From contig NC_086097.1 of assembly GCF_963921235.1 (NCBI RefSeq), positions 33,234,001-33,298,000 of the forward strand: DNA of 64,000 nt, given 5' to 3'. The notes beneath the pieces are model-generated. The model searched no databases. It had not been told where the DNA came from and saw only the letters and a list, made by a program, of their open reading frames with translations. The translations under genes were made by a program, and so were the position numbers. Positions 24,996 to 37,150 of this stretch are shown one piece after another (position 1 is the first letter of the stretch; each line of letters begins with the position of its first letter). This DNA comes from Mobula hypostoma (lineage: Eukaryota).

Positions 24996-25682
24996 TCCTA
25001 CGTCAGCATGTGCTGTGTGCTCTGCTGGAGGTAGTGGTCTAGGAGACTGCAGCCCCAGTTACATTCACACTCCTCTTCAGAGGATGCAGAATGAACAGCA
25101 GGATCACCTCGCACAGTGGCACAGTGAGCTCAGCTGCTGCCTCATAGCTCCAGAGACCCTGCCACGGTGCTGTTTGTATGCTCTCCTTTTGTGATTGTGT
25201 GGCTTCTCTCCACATTCCACAGATATGTGCGTTGTTATGTCAATTGTCCAGTATATATTGCTTCTCGTGTATGTGAATGCGCTGATCGAATCTGGGGGAA
25301 GGTGATGTAAATGTGGGGAGAATGAAATGGGATTAGCATAGTATAAGTGTCATTAAGTGTTTATGGTTAGCACAGACTCCGACTAAGAAACTGTTGCTCG
25401 ATCTCCCTCTTTTACTCTATGACTTTGGTAGCAGGATGAAAAGTAGCTGTCAATTTGCCTGGCACATACATGCCAAACGCTATGTGTGGGAGCTGATTGT
25501 AGTTACAGTGCTAATCACACTCAAATCCATTGGCAGGCGGTATTTATTGGCGCCTTGCTGCAGTACCTCAGCCCACGGCATGCACTGGTGGGGGGGGGGG
25601 TGGGGTGAGGTCTTACTGCTGGAATTCATGATTTATTGCCTTGCCCACAAGGCTGTGGATCTGTGGTTTAACTGTGATACTT

Positions 25683-26310
25683 GCCTCCTCCCTCCTTTCA
25701 CCTCCTTCCCCACCATGCCCTCTTGTAGCATTACCTTCTCCCCACTCCCCCCCTCACATTCTCTGTTCATTGCCTTTCCCTGCTCCTCCCTCCCCTTACC
25801 TTCTCCCCATTCCCTCCCCTCCTCACCTCTTCTTCCACTCTGCCTTCCCCACCTCACCCCCTCCTTCACTTCCCTCCTCACCCACTCCCTCCTGACCACT
25901 CCTCAGTTCCAGCCCTTCCCTCCCTACTCCCCTCCCTTCTGCTCCTTGTCCACTCCTTGCCCTATCCCTCTTTGCCTCCTCCTTCCCTTCCTCGTTGCCT
26001 CCCTCCCGTCCCCCCCCCCATGTGATCATCCCTTGTAGGTCGAATGGCCTGTACTATATTGTATTCTTCTATGATCAGCCCTTCTAGTCCAGGGAATGGA
26101 TCAGTTTTAATTTGGCATCATCCTGCAGTGTATCGGTGCTCCTTACTCCCACACCTTATTCCTGTCTGTATCCCATGATACCTACCTCACCCCATCCCTA
26201 CTTTCCTCCTTTCACATTCCACCCTGCCTCTTTTGTTTCTTCCCACCACCCTCTCGGCCCCCGACCCCTCTCTGCCTCCTCTTTCTGCTCTGCCCCAGGT
26301 CTTCCCCTCT
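25683..26310. repeat. CT-rich low-complexity tracts
   Basis: Polypyrimidine composition at 25683-26030 and 26140-26310. Confidence 0.8.
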
Positions 26311-27139
26311 CCTTGCTGTGTACTGAATATTTTCAGGGTCTTTTTCTCCTGCATGTCTGTCCCAGAGCAGCGCTTGTATTCACCGCTCTCAGGAGTGAAA
26401 CCTTATGGAGCAGGATGGGGCAAATAGTGAGATTGTTGCTGAGTGACAGTCCAATTGCCCAGACAGTTCTGTAAATCTTTAATCTCAATGAGCTGAAGAT
26501 ATGTGACCTATTAGATGTCACTCTGCAGTACCTTCGCCCCCAGCTCCTATCCAGCTGGGTTAAGAAGCCATCTTGGTGAGGCATTAGTGAGGGAAGTGTC
26601 TGCAGACTGTGATCTGCCGCTGCCGTGTTTGACTCCAGCACTGGCTGCCAAAGCAAACACTGATCCTCCTTTGACGGGGTTTGATGGAATGTGAGCAATG
26701 TAGAGCAGTTATTAGATAATGGGGCTGGAGCAGGCCATGGTCATTGACGCCAGTGGAATGCACATTGTGTGCCAGTGGGGAAGGCACGCCTTTCAAATGC
26801 ATCATGACCCTGGGCATTTCTGGTGCAGATTGTGTCCTGGGCTGTAGTTTTGATGCAGATGGTGCTTATGGCCCCAGTACACTGCCCCCCCCCACCTTCC
26901 CCAACAGCCCACAAGGGTCGGTGCTTCTCTGGCTGCCATTCTCCAGTTCTGTGAAACCTGATAGTGAGCTGATCTCATGCAGGAACCCAACCTGTAAATC
27001 AAACGTGTACACAGTGGGAGCCTTAGAGCAACAGACGCGCATTGGAGCCCAGCCAGTGTGGCCAGTCTTGGACTCATACAGGCATAGAAATATAGAGCAC
27101 TACAGCACAGAAGCAGGCCCTTTAACCTCTTTTTTGCTT

Positions 27140-27570
27140 GAAGTGGGGACACTGAAAGGATGCAGAGCTGGGCTGGGAAATGGCAGATGGAGATCAACCT
27201 GCAAAATTGCAAAGTGATTCATTCTGGAAGACAGAGAATGGGGGTAATGGCAGGGTTCTTAGAAGTGTGGCAGAATCGAGGGATCTTGGAATGTCCTGCC
27301 GAGGTGATGATTGAGGCAAATGCATTAGGGGCATTTTTAGAACTCTTAGCTAGGCATATGGATGATTGATAAATGGAGGGCTCTGTGGGAGGGAAGGGTA
27401 AGATTAATCATAGAGGAGGTGAAAAGGTCGGCACAACATCATAAGCCAAAGGGCCTGTACTGTCTATGCTCAGACCTTCTAGTCCATGGAAGGGATGAGT
27501 TTTAGTTTGGCATCACGCTTGGCAAAGACATTGTGGGCCGAAGGGCCTGTTCCTGTACTGTACTGTGTTT
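27140..27570 (+). mobile_element. Deleted CR1 3' fragments
   Basis: WAGKWQMEIN...CKVIH; gggccgaagggcctgt 3' UTR. Confidence 0.75.
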
Positions 27571-28085
27571 TAGTGTATAGGAATGGGAGGCACCCTCCAC
27601 GACTTGGAGTGGCTTTTGTCTGAAGACTTCAAGTTAAAATGTCAAAGTTTCAACTTCCTCCTAGGTGCTGACAACTGCTGAGTGTGCACCCATTCTGGGG
27701 CACATTATCCTGTTGGAGAAGCAATACTCAGGTGTATGACATTGTCAGGAGGGCTAGTACTTGACCAAGCATCTTACTGTTAGAGGGATGGTTCTGGGAG
27801 AGCATCACCCTGTCAGACTGGTATTGCATCAACAATGCTGCACTGCAGAGAGCATCCTACAGGCAATGCCACACTTTGGGGTTCTGTATGTTGAAGGCTT
27901 TGTCTTTAGTATGGGGCTGTTAAACCAGGCTCTTGATTAATCCCTCAAGTGGGCAAACAATCTGAGGACAGTACTACAACACAAACTAGGTCTTCACACT
28001 AAATAGCGGAAGAACTCAGCAGCTCAGGTAGCAGTGATGTGTAATAGAGCAATTCCTATAGTCTGCTCAGCAGAAGCTGAATGAT

Positions 28086-28372
28086 GGGCAGCACGGTGGT
28101 GTAGGGACAAGCAGCAGTTGGGGTTCAATCGCCACACTGTGTGTAAGGAGGTAATGCGTATGTTCTCCCCATGACCATGAGGGTTTCCTCGACATTTCAA
28201 TGATGTACGGTTAGTAAATTGTGGGCATGTTATGTTGGCATCAGAAGCATGGCAACATACGCAGGCTGCCCCAACACATTCTTGGATTGTGTTGATTATT
28301 GACACAAATGGCACATTTCACTGTATGTTTGGATATTTCTATGTTCATGTAACAAATAAAGCTAATCTAACC
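28086..28372 (+). mobile_element. V-SINE-like SINE
   Basis: gggcagcacggtggtgtag head, gggttcaat B box, aataaagctaatct tail. Confidence 0.8.
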
Positions 28373-29189
28373 TAAGTTTCTCACCATGCCTTCTATTTGG
28401 GGTTCTCAATAAACATTACTCAGAATGGTCAGGTTGGTGTGTTTCCCAATCCTCATGCATAGATTAACCTCATTTTTGCATCAAATTCCTGTGCAATATT
28501 TCATAAACCTGTAACTTTTTCAATTAGGACAAGGTCAGGACCCACAGGTAATTCCAGGAAACAGTTGAGGCTAACATGGAGATATCCTTCTCTGTCACTT
28601 AGTTCCAAACCTGGAGCCCCTGCTCCACAGTACCTTCACCATGCAGACTGCTATGTTTCATGACTGTATCACCCCACCATCTACTCACGGCTATGACGAT
28701 ACGAGGGGTCAGACAGATTGTGTCCTTTTTAGACTGACTTATAAGTTGAGTTCTAAAAAGATCTGAATGTCAATTAATATCTTTGCGTAGCTTTGAAAAG
28801 TGTGCAGTTCCATGTTGTGCCTGCCTCACTCTGCTGCTTGTGTGGAAATAGTGAGACACATTGTTTGGCGGCAGGTTTGTCTCAGCTTGGCCGAGAGGTA
28901 TGAAACAGCATACATGAACTCCCTGTGGATTGAGAAGGATATTTGGCAGGAAATGTCTATCAGGTTTCCCCAAGATTTCATGGACCTGCTATGTGTGGTA
29001 TTTTTGTGGAAACATAAGGATGTGTTATTTTAAATTAAACAGCAGAGTTATCACCAACACTCATCGTAATGGAACAGTCCTCCTCTAGCACAGGGAAAGG
29101 CAGGATTTTGTGGTGGGGGATGGTCTAAAATGTAAAAGTGTTGGATCATCAACTTTCTTCAGAGTATGGCACAGAAAAGTGGTTTTATT

Positions 29190-29710
29190 CTGAAACTCCC
29201 AATGCAGGGACAGTATGGATTAGATATCAATTAAATGTCCAATATTGTACCTTCAGACATTCTCAGAGTAGGGATAGTATGGGAAAGATACGGAGTAAAT
29301 GTTAACACTGTACCTTCACACATACCTAAAGCAGGGACGGTATGCGTTAGATACCAAGTAAATATTAAATACTATACTTACCCACACTCCCATGGCAAAG
29401 ACAGTATGGGTTAGATACTGAGCAAGTGTCCAACACTACCTTCACACACTCCCAGGACAGGGGCAGCATGGGTTAGATACAGAATTAAATGTTAGTTTGT
29501 ACCTACCTACACTATCAGGGCAGGGACAGTATAAGTTAGGTATTGAGTAAATGTCCAACAGTGTACTTTCACACACTCCATGGACAAGGACAGTATGGAT
29601 CAGATACTGAGTAAATCCTGAATACTGTACCTCAAACTCTTCTAGAGCTGAGACAGTATAGGTTAGATATTGAGTAAAAGTTCAACAGTGTATCTTCCCA
29701 CACTACCAAG
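29190..29710. repeat. Degenerate ~62-bp tandem repeat, ~8 units
   Basis: Unit approximately cacactcccagggcagggacagtatgggttagatactgagtaaatgtccaacactgtaccttca; continues briefly after 30513. Confidence 0.9.
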
Positions 29711-30512
29711 CAATGTTCTCTCTAAGGTACACACACACACACATCTTTTGCTACTAGTGGACAAAGGAATTTAAACTGCGCACAAAAGGTTGTCATCTTC
29801 TACCTCGTTAGCATGTTAAGTATATTTCACGATCGTACACAATCACATTTCTTTTTCCAGTTTCTGATGCAGATTGTGTTGACAAGGGGGAGTTTGCGAT
29901 GATTTGTCTGCAAGTTTTAGAAATAGCTTATTTATACTGTTTTATTGTAGGAAGTATTGATTAACTATGTCAAATTCCAAAGAAGCAAAGGGTGTGAAGC
30001 ACAAAAGAACTGCTAGTTCATTTAAAGCAGAATGGCTTAATGAAACGGTAGAAACTGTTGCACTGAAAGCTCATGAGGTCAGGAACATGCAGCTACGAGA
30101 AATATTTATGTACAATACAGAAATTGGTGTTACTTGCGTGTATTGTCGCGATGCAAAAGTTGCCGGAGAATTTGCAAGTGGCAAGAAGTGGAGTGATAAT
30201 TGGAAACTTGACTTTTTAAAGCATCATTTAGCAAGCAAATTACATATGGACAGTTGCAAAAGCTCCGCAAAAAAATCCTTCATTACCCATTACAAGTGTG
30301 CCTCTTATGTTTTGTGAGAGTGCAGATGAACAAGAGCAGAAACATTCAAACCCAGAGGAGATCAAAGTTCTTATTGATAGTGTTTTGCTGATGTTAAAAT
30401 GAATACCTCTATATATAAAATTCAGTGCACCCATGTTGTTGTCACTAGGCAAAAAATTGCACAGCACAAGATTTTTGTGCATACTGGTCATTACAAGTTA
30501 GAGGTTACATTG
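29711..30512 (+). mobile_element. Internally deleted hAT DNA transposon
   Basis: Imperfect 15-bp TIRs CAATGTTCTCTCTAA / TTAGAGGTTACATTG; exact 8-bp TSD CTACCAAG (29703-29710, 30513-30520). Confidence 0.9.
29967..30317 (+). pseudogene. hAT transposase N-terminal zinc-finger remnant
   Basis: FKAEWL...CVYC...LKHHLASKLH, a TTF/BED-like CxxC...HxxxxxH pattern; truncated. Confidence 0.7.
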
Positions 30513-31205
30513 CTACCAAGGCTGGGAATGCATGTGTTGGAGTACATCCCCAATCCCCTCTAACACTTCCAGGACAAATAAGAGCATAGATTTTGCCTTC
30601 CAGGCATGAGGAAAACCCAGGGTGCAGAACACTGTACAGAGCAATTGAGGTATAAGAGGTTCATGAATTCCCCAGCAGTTGTCCCTTCTCCACCCTCAGG
30701 ACTGTGTTTCATATACGTACAGAGAGTGAGATGTTGCAGCCTCTCTTGTGTATCTGAAGTTCCTCAAGTCTAGATTACACTTCAGCCCCATGTGCTTGAT
30801 TTTTGAAAGAGATTCAGAGTGAAGTTATGGGTATTGGGGAGGGGTATGAGGTGTAAGTCATTCTGGGGACCTCCTCATCTGTCTGCTCCTGGGCTATTCA
30901 TAGGCACAGGTAGGCAGCCTTGGAGAGTTCCACCTGAGGCTGAGTAAGTGAATGAGTGGCTGAGGAACTGGTGCGGGGACAGGATATCAACATTCAACAA
31001 TGTCAAAATATCAACAATTCCTTCACCATCCCCCCACAAGCAATAGATGCTGCTCGGCATGCTGAGTTCCTTCATTGCACTGATATTGGTTTATTATTGT
31101 CACATGTACTGTACCTAGATACAGTGTAAAGCTTGTCTTTGCATGGTGTTCATACAGATCAAATCATTACACAGTGAACTGAGGTAGAACAAGGTAAAAC
31201 AGTAA

Positions 31206-31876
31206 AGGCTGATTTATACTTGTGCGTACCAGCTTACGCCGTAGCCTACGCAAGTGGGCTACGCTGTTGTGAGCATTTATACTTGTGCGTTGGTGTGTCT
31301 GCGTCGCTCTGCAATTCACCGCCAAAACGCTAGTTGGCGGTGGGGTTTCTATGCCACTGTGTTGAGTTTCTTTGTGTTGAAGAAATTTCAAACAATAGCG
31401 ACTGAAACTGAAGGAGGGTGAATTTTCTGTATGTACAGTGTAGTGTCACTTAACAGAATCGAGAATTTTGAGCCAAAATCGATTTGTCGAAAAATATCGT
31501 CACGTACACACATGCACTCACACCTACCCGTGCAAGGCTTCATGGTCATGGTAGTCTTTCTCAGGGTAAACAAGTTTAAAGCAACCGTCTTTTTCCGTAA
31601 AAGTGAAAATCCTCTTTCGGTTAATGAAAACAGATACTAATGTGGGTCTTTCATAAAAGCGAAATGTGTCCTCCATAATTGCGGAGGTCTGTGAAGCTTT
31701 ATGGAAAGCATTGCAGCCAGAGTTGCTACCAAGCGGACCAATTGCAGTTGTTTCGGTCTGCGTTGCCGCAACGCGTAGTTACATTTTGGGAGAGGTGCGC
31801 GTTAGGCTACGGCGTAGGGTTTGCGTAAAGTACAGCGTAGGATTCACGGATTTGACACACAAGTATAAATCAGCCT
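31206..31876 (+). mobile_element. Non-autonomous PIF/Harbinger element
   Basis: TIRs AGGCTGATTTATACTTGTG / CACAAGTATAAATCAGCCT; TAA/GAA flanks; Harbinger transposase-like remnant VSSIIAEVCEALWKALQPE at 31666-31725. Confidence 0.8.
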
Positions 31877-32011
31877 GAACAATGCAGAATAAAAGTGTAA
31901 AGCTGCAGAGAAAGTGCAGTGCAGGAAAACCATAAAGTGCAAGATTGTGAGGTCAAGAGTCCATTTTGTTATATTGGGGGTCTATTGAAGAGTCTTAACA
32001 GTGAGATAGAA

Positions 32012-32615
32012 CTGTACGTCACAGAAGGCAGATTTTTCCAGTGGCCACTAATTTTAATTCTAATTCCAATTCCCATTTCAACATGTCAGTCCATGGACTC
32101 CACTATTGCCATGATGAGGTCACTGTCAGGTTGGAGGAGTAACACCTTATATTTTGTCTGAGTAGCCTCCAACCTAAGGGCATGAACATTAATTTCTCAA
32201 ACTTCTGGTTAACTGGTCCCTCCTCCACCTTCTCTCTTTTTCCATTCTCCATTCTGATTCTCCTCTCACCCCTTCTCCTCATGCGTCCATCACCTCTCTC
32301 TGGCATGCTCCTCCTTCCCTTGGTAGAATCTCCTTTCCTACTTCTTCAGCCCTTTACCTTTTCTACATATTACTTCCCAGCTTCTCACTTCGTCCTCCCT
32401 CTCACACCCACCCACCTTCCCCCTCACCTGGTCTCACCTGCCCCTCTTCCCAATTTTTGAACTTCTTCCCCTCTTACCAATTTTTGCTTCTGACTTCTGC
32501 CCCCTCCCTTCCTTTCCAGTCCTGATGAAAGATCTTGACCCTAAATGTTGAATGGTTATTCATCCACATAGATGCTGCCTGACCTACTGAGTTCTTCCAG
32601 CAATTGTGTGTGTTT
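32012..32615 (+). mobile_element. PLE 3' end with degenerate hammerhead (~32518-32553)
   Basis: GIY-YIG C-terminal remnant; exact 13-bp TSD CAGTGAGATAGAA (31999-32011, 32616-32628). Confidence 0.9.
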
Positions 32616-33274
32616 CAGTGAGATAGAAGTTGTCCTTGCCTGGTGAACAGCCTGGAATCTGGTAGGCCAAGAAGGTTGTATGTTGTGCTAACTACAGTAC
32701 TCTACCTCAATTACTTTAAAATACAAGGTGTATAAAACTCAAGACTCACTGCTAGGATGCTGACCCTTTGATCCAGAGGCTAAGGCTCAGTCTGAGATTC
32801 AATTATGAAATGTTGGAATTTTCTCACCTGGAGGGTTGTGGATCCTCTTTCACTGCATATATTCAGTACTGCGACTGAAGAAATTGTGAACTTTGCCTGC
32901 CCAACTCTAAGTATTGACCTTGGGACTTGCTGACCATGGGACTTTGACCTCTAGGCCTCATCCTCTGAACTCACACAGGCCTCGACCTCAGGACTCACCA
33001 ACCTAGAAGGGGTGGTCATCAGTCCTCATCCACAGGGCCTCCCGACCTCGAGGATTGATGGTCTCCAAACCAGGTGTAAATTCCCATGAAAGAGCAATGT
33101 TATTTAAGGATGTTACAGTCTGAAGTAAAAGCAGTATGTGGAGAGAACCTGAATTAATGTTACCAGTCAGTGACACTTCATCAACATTAACACCGAACTT
33201 CACTGTCATCCATTGACACAGAAGCTAAGAGGTGCCCTTGGGTAGGAGGTTCTGTAATTCATAAAGAGTAATAG

Positions 33275-33530
33275 ATTCATAGAATACTAAAGCACAGAAA
33301 CAGGCCGTTTGGCCCATCTAGTACATGCTGAACTATTACGCTAATAAATCTAATTGATCTGTATCAGGACTATAGTCCTCCATGCTCCTCCCATCCATGT
33401 ACCTATCCACATTTCTCTTAAATGTTGAAATCAAACCCTCATCCACCACTTCCACTGGCAGCTCATTCTACAGTTTCACCATCCTCAAAGTGAAGAAGTT
33501 CCCCCTTATGTTCCCCTTAAACCTTTGACC
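33275..33530 (-). mobile_element. CR1 3' end fragment
   Basis: catagaa tail and CR1 3' UTR similarity. Confidence 0.65.
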
Positions 33531-33554
33531 CTTAACCCTCTGACCCTTAACCCT

Positions 33555-34397
33555 CAGACTTAGATAGATTAGGAGAATGGACAAAGAAGTGGCAGATGCA
33601 ATACGGTGTCAAGAGCGTCTGGTCATGCACTTTGGAAGAAAGAATAAAAGCAAAGACAATTTTCTAAATGGGGAAAAAATTCAAAAATCTGATGTGCAAA
33701 GGAAGTTAGGAGTTCTCATGAAGAATTCTCTAAAGGGTAACTTGCAGGTTGAGTCAGTGGTGAGGAAGGAAAATGTAATGTTAGCATTCATTTCAAGAGG
33801 ACTAGAATATAAAAGCAAGGATGGATGCTGAGGTTTTATAAAGCACTGGTGAGGTCTCACTTGGAGTATTGAGCCCTTTATCTAAGAAAGGATGTGCTAA
33901 TGTTGGAGGGGGTTCAAAGGAGTTTCATGAAACTGATTCCCGGAATGAAAGGCTTATCAAATGAGAAACGTTTGATGGGTTTGGGCCTTTAGAATATAGA
34001 AGAACGAAGGGAGATCTCATTCAAACCTACTGAATGGCGAAAGGCCTAGATACAGTGGATGTGGAGAGGATATTTCCCATAGTGAAGGAGTCTAGGACCA
34101 GAGGGCACAAACTCAGAACAGGCGGGCCATCCATTTAGAACGGAGATGAGGTGGAATTTCTTTAGCCAGAGCATGGGGAATCTGTGGAATTCATTGCCAC
34201 AGGTGGCTGTGGAGGCCAAGTGATTGGGTGTATTCAAAGCGGAGATTGATAGATTCTTGATAAGTCAGGGTGTGAAAGGTTATCGCGAGAAGGCAGAAGA
34301 ATGGGGTTGAGGAAAATGGATAAGCTATGATCAAATGGTGGGGTAGACTCGATGGGGCCAAATGGCCTAATTCAGCTCCTATGTCTTTTGGTCTTAA
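33555..34397 (+). mobile_element. CR1 3' fragment
   Basis: VMHFGRKN, MLAFISRGLEYKSKD; tgtcttttggtctt tail. Confidence 0.9.
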
Positions 34398-35049
34398 CTC
34401 ATGACCTTTTGTATCTTATCCTATTTTTTTGAATAAAGAAGGAAAGAGGGTCCCTTGGATCCTGATACTGGGTTTTTTGTGTTAGAGCATAGACTGCCAT
34501 CTGGGCTGACTGATCAATCGTGCACTGCCTACCAATGTGTCTCGGCTCTATGGCAAATAGCAGCAGGAGTTAAGTTACTGTGCAAAAATACCACCAGATC
34601 AAAAGCTTCCCCTAATCTCAGTGACTTCTGCCTTGCTATGAAGTCAGGCAAGAAATTAGTGAGAGACAGATGGGGTGCTGCAAGGGTCGTATACAAAAAT
34701 ACTAGATCCTAACAGCTCAGAGGCTCCCTTGGATATAAATAGATGTTAAAAGGGGAGGGGGTAGTCTGGTTATAAGTCTGGACTCAGGTTATTGCCAACA
34801 TCCGGAAAGAATGTTTGTTCCTTCCAAGTTCAACAACGTCCACTACATTAATACTCCTCAGCTCCCATAGACCTACTCTGTTACCACCACTAACACACCT
34901 ATCAATTGTGTAAAGGAGATAGATTCTGATAGCTCTGTAGGGTTGGTCCACCCCTCATGTCTTTGCTGGCAGGCTGTTGACTGTAGAGGACTAGTTGCTG
35001 AAGCCAGTGCTGCCTATGCTGGTTGAGCCCACACTTCCTTGTGGATCAG

Positions 35050-35400
35050 AAGCAGAATCAGGTTTATTCTTCCCCAAATCTATCATAAAATGTCTTGTTT
35101 TGCAGCAGGAGTGCAGTGGAATATATTAAACAATGCTATAGATTAGTATAAGAAATATAAAAGAATAAATATGTAGTGCAAAAACTGAGATTGGTTCATG
35201 GTCTATTCAGAAAGCTGATGGTGGAGGGGGAAAAGCTGATTCTAAAACGTTAACTGTGTGTCTTCAGACCCCTGTACAACCTCCCTTATGGTTGCAGGGA
35301 GAAGAGGACATGTCCTAGTTGGTGAGCGTCCTTCATGATGGATGCTGCCTTCTTGAGGCATGCCTGTTGAAGATGTCCTCAATGGTCAGGATGATGATAG
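35050..35400 (-). mobile_element. Rex1/Babar 3' fragment
   Basis: cagaatcagg tail and gatggatgctgccttc block. Confidence 0.7.
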
Positions 35401-36371
35401 TACTAGGACTGTGGCCAATTGCCTCTTTTTAGCTTGGTGGTGGTGGTGGGGGGGGGGGTGTTGGTGTGGGGGGTGATTAAAGTTGTTCACATTGCCCTAT
35501 GAGGCAGTCATTTGTTCAAGGCGTTGTACATGTGGTCTGTATAGCAGGAGACTTCTTTATTTTCCAAATCATTCGAGCATAAGATTAGTTTATCATCAGT
35601 TACACTAGGGTGCAATGAAATTTCCTGTTCTCATAAAGCTCACAGAGTAAACAGTGCATCTGGTAATAATAAATGCAGCGAAAACTTAAGAAAACAGCAG
35701 ATTGGTGCAAAAATTGTAATTCAATCTGCAGTAGAACAACAAAACAATTCCAAAGTGACAATAGCAGAGTAACCAAGGGAGGGAGAATTCAGAGTATGAG
35801 AATGAGGCAGCACCATTGAAAGAAGTGACTGGTTCAGAAGTCTGCAGCCGGTGGGGGAGAAGCTGTTCTTGAGTTTGGTCATCTGGGCTTTCAAGCCTCC
35901 TATGTCTTCCCCCAGAGGTTAGAGGAGAGTTAAGGAAATGGCCAGGGCAGCAAGTGCCTTGACAATATCACTAGTCTTTCTGAAGCAACACAACAGAGAA
36001 CAATACAGCATAGTTACAGTGTCCCATTATGTCTGTGCCAACCGTGATGTCAATCTAAACTAATTTGGGGATGGAGAAGATGTTACCAATAGTGAGGGAG
36101 TCTAGGATCAGAAGGCACAGCCTCAGAAAAGAAGGATGTCCCTTTAGAACAGAAATCAGGAGGAATTTCTGTAGCCGGAGTGATGAATCTCTTTAATTCA
36201 TTGCCACAGACAGCTGTGGAAGCCAAGTCATTGGGTATACAGTGCCTATAAAAACTATTCACCCCCTTGGAAGTTTTCATGATTTATTATTTTACAACAT
36301 TGAATCACAGTGGATTTAATTTGACTTTTTTGACGCTGATCAACAAAAAAAAGCCTCTCTTGTGTCAAAAT

Positions 36372-36511
36372 GACTAGTCCTGACGAAGGGTCTCGGCCTG
36401 AAACGTCGACTGCACCTCTTCCTGGAGATGCTGCCTGGCCTGCCGCGTTCACCAGCAACTTTGATGTGTGTTGCTTGAATTTCCAGCATCTGCAGAATTC
36501 CTGTTGTTTGC
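36372..36511 (+). mobile_element. ~140-bp PLE terminal module starting at the hammerhead
   Basis: Near-identical to 62758-62895; inserted in the Tc1 left end. Confidence 0.9.
36376..36411 (+). ncRNA. Minimal type I hammerhead ribozyme, intact
   Basis: AGUC CUGACGA A GGGU CUCG GCCU GAAACGUC GACU: stem I AGUC/GACU, 4-bp stem II, palindromic ACGU, GUC triplet. Confidence 0.85.
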
Positions 36512-36580
36512 ATTTAAAACACAAGATAATTGATTGCATAAGTATTCACCACCCTTTAATAATACTCACTGGTGCAGCCA

Positions 36581-37150
36581 CGAGGAAATCTGCAGATGCT
36601 GGAAATTCAAACAACATACACAAAAAATGCTGGTGAACGCAGCAGGCCAGGCAGCATCTATAGGAAGAGGTACAGTCGACATTTCGGGCCGGGACCCTTT
36701 GTCAGGACTAATTGAAAGAAGAGATAGTAAGAGATTTAAAAGTGGGAGGGGGAGGGGGAGATCTGAAATGATAGGAGATGACAGGAGGGGGGGGTGGATC
36801 TAAGAGCTGGAGAAGGGAGAGCATCATGGGACGGGAAGCCTGGGGAGAAAGAGAAGGGGGGAGGGGAGCCCGGAGGGTGGAGAGCAGACAAGAAGTTATA
36901 GTGAGAGGGACAGAGGGAGAAAAAAGAGAGAGAGAAAAAGGGGGAAATAAAAAATATATTAAAAATATATTAAATAAATAAGGGATGGGGTGTGAAGGGA
37001 AGAAGGGGCATTAACGGAAGTTAGAAAAGTCAATATTCATGCCATCAGGGTGGAGGCTACCGAGACGGAATATAAGGTGTTGTTCCTCCAACCTGAGTGT
37101 GGCTTCATTTTGACAGTAGAGGAAGCCGTGGATGGACATATCAGAATGGA
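36581..37150 (-). mobile_element. PLE 3' end with hammerhead (36674-36709, G8>A)
   Basis: 11-bp TSD TGGTGCAGCCA (36570-36580, 37151-37161); GIY-YIG C-terminal remnant. Confidence 0.9.

Larger units (their letters stand above)
31085..32640 (-). mobile_element. Rex1/Babar-type 3' UTR split by Harbinger and PLE insertions
   Basis: tattggtttattattgtcacatg tail; collinear with 57184-57470 once inserts are removed. Confidence 0.65.

Noticed and set aside
25394..26038. 214-aa Pro/Leu/Ser-rich ORF
   Set aside because: Arises from a CT-rich tract that lacks stop codons by composition.
26030..26125. Similarity to 27440-27520 as a novel element
   Set aside because: Both are composites of CR1 3' UTR pieces; explained by a small local duplication.
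28800..29033. 77-aa ORF as a host exon
   Set aside because: No ATG start, recognisable domain or convincing splice pair.
29190..29710. CRISPR-like array
   Set aside because: Units are similar over their whole length, with no unique spacers and no cas genes, in a eukaryotic repeat context.
33520..33560. Telomere-like repeat (cccttaa)
   Set aside because: Short local duplication at a CR1/CR1 junction, not a TTAGGG array.
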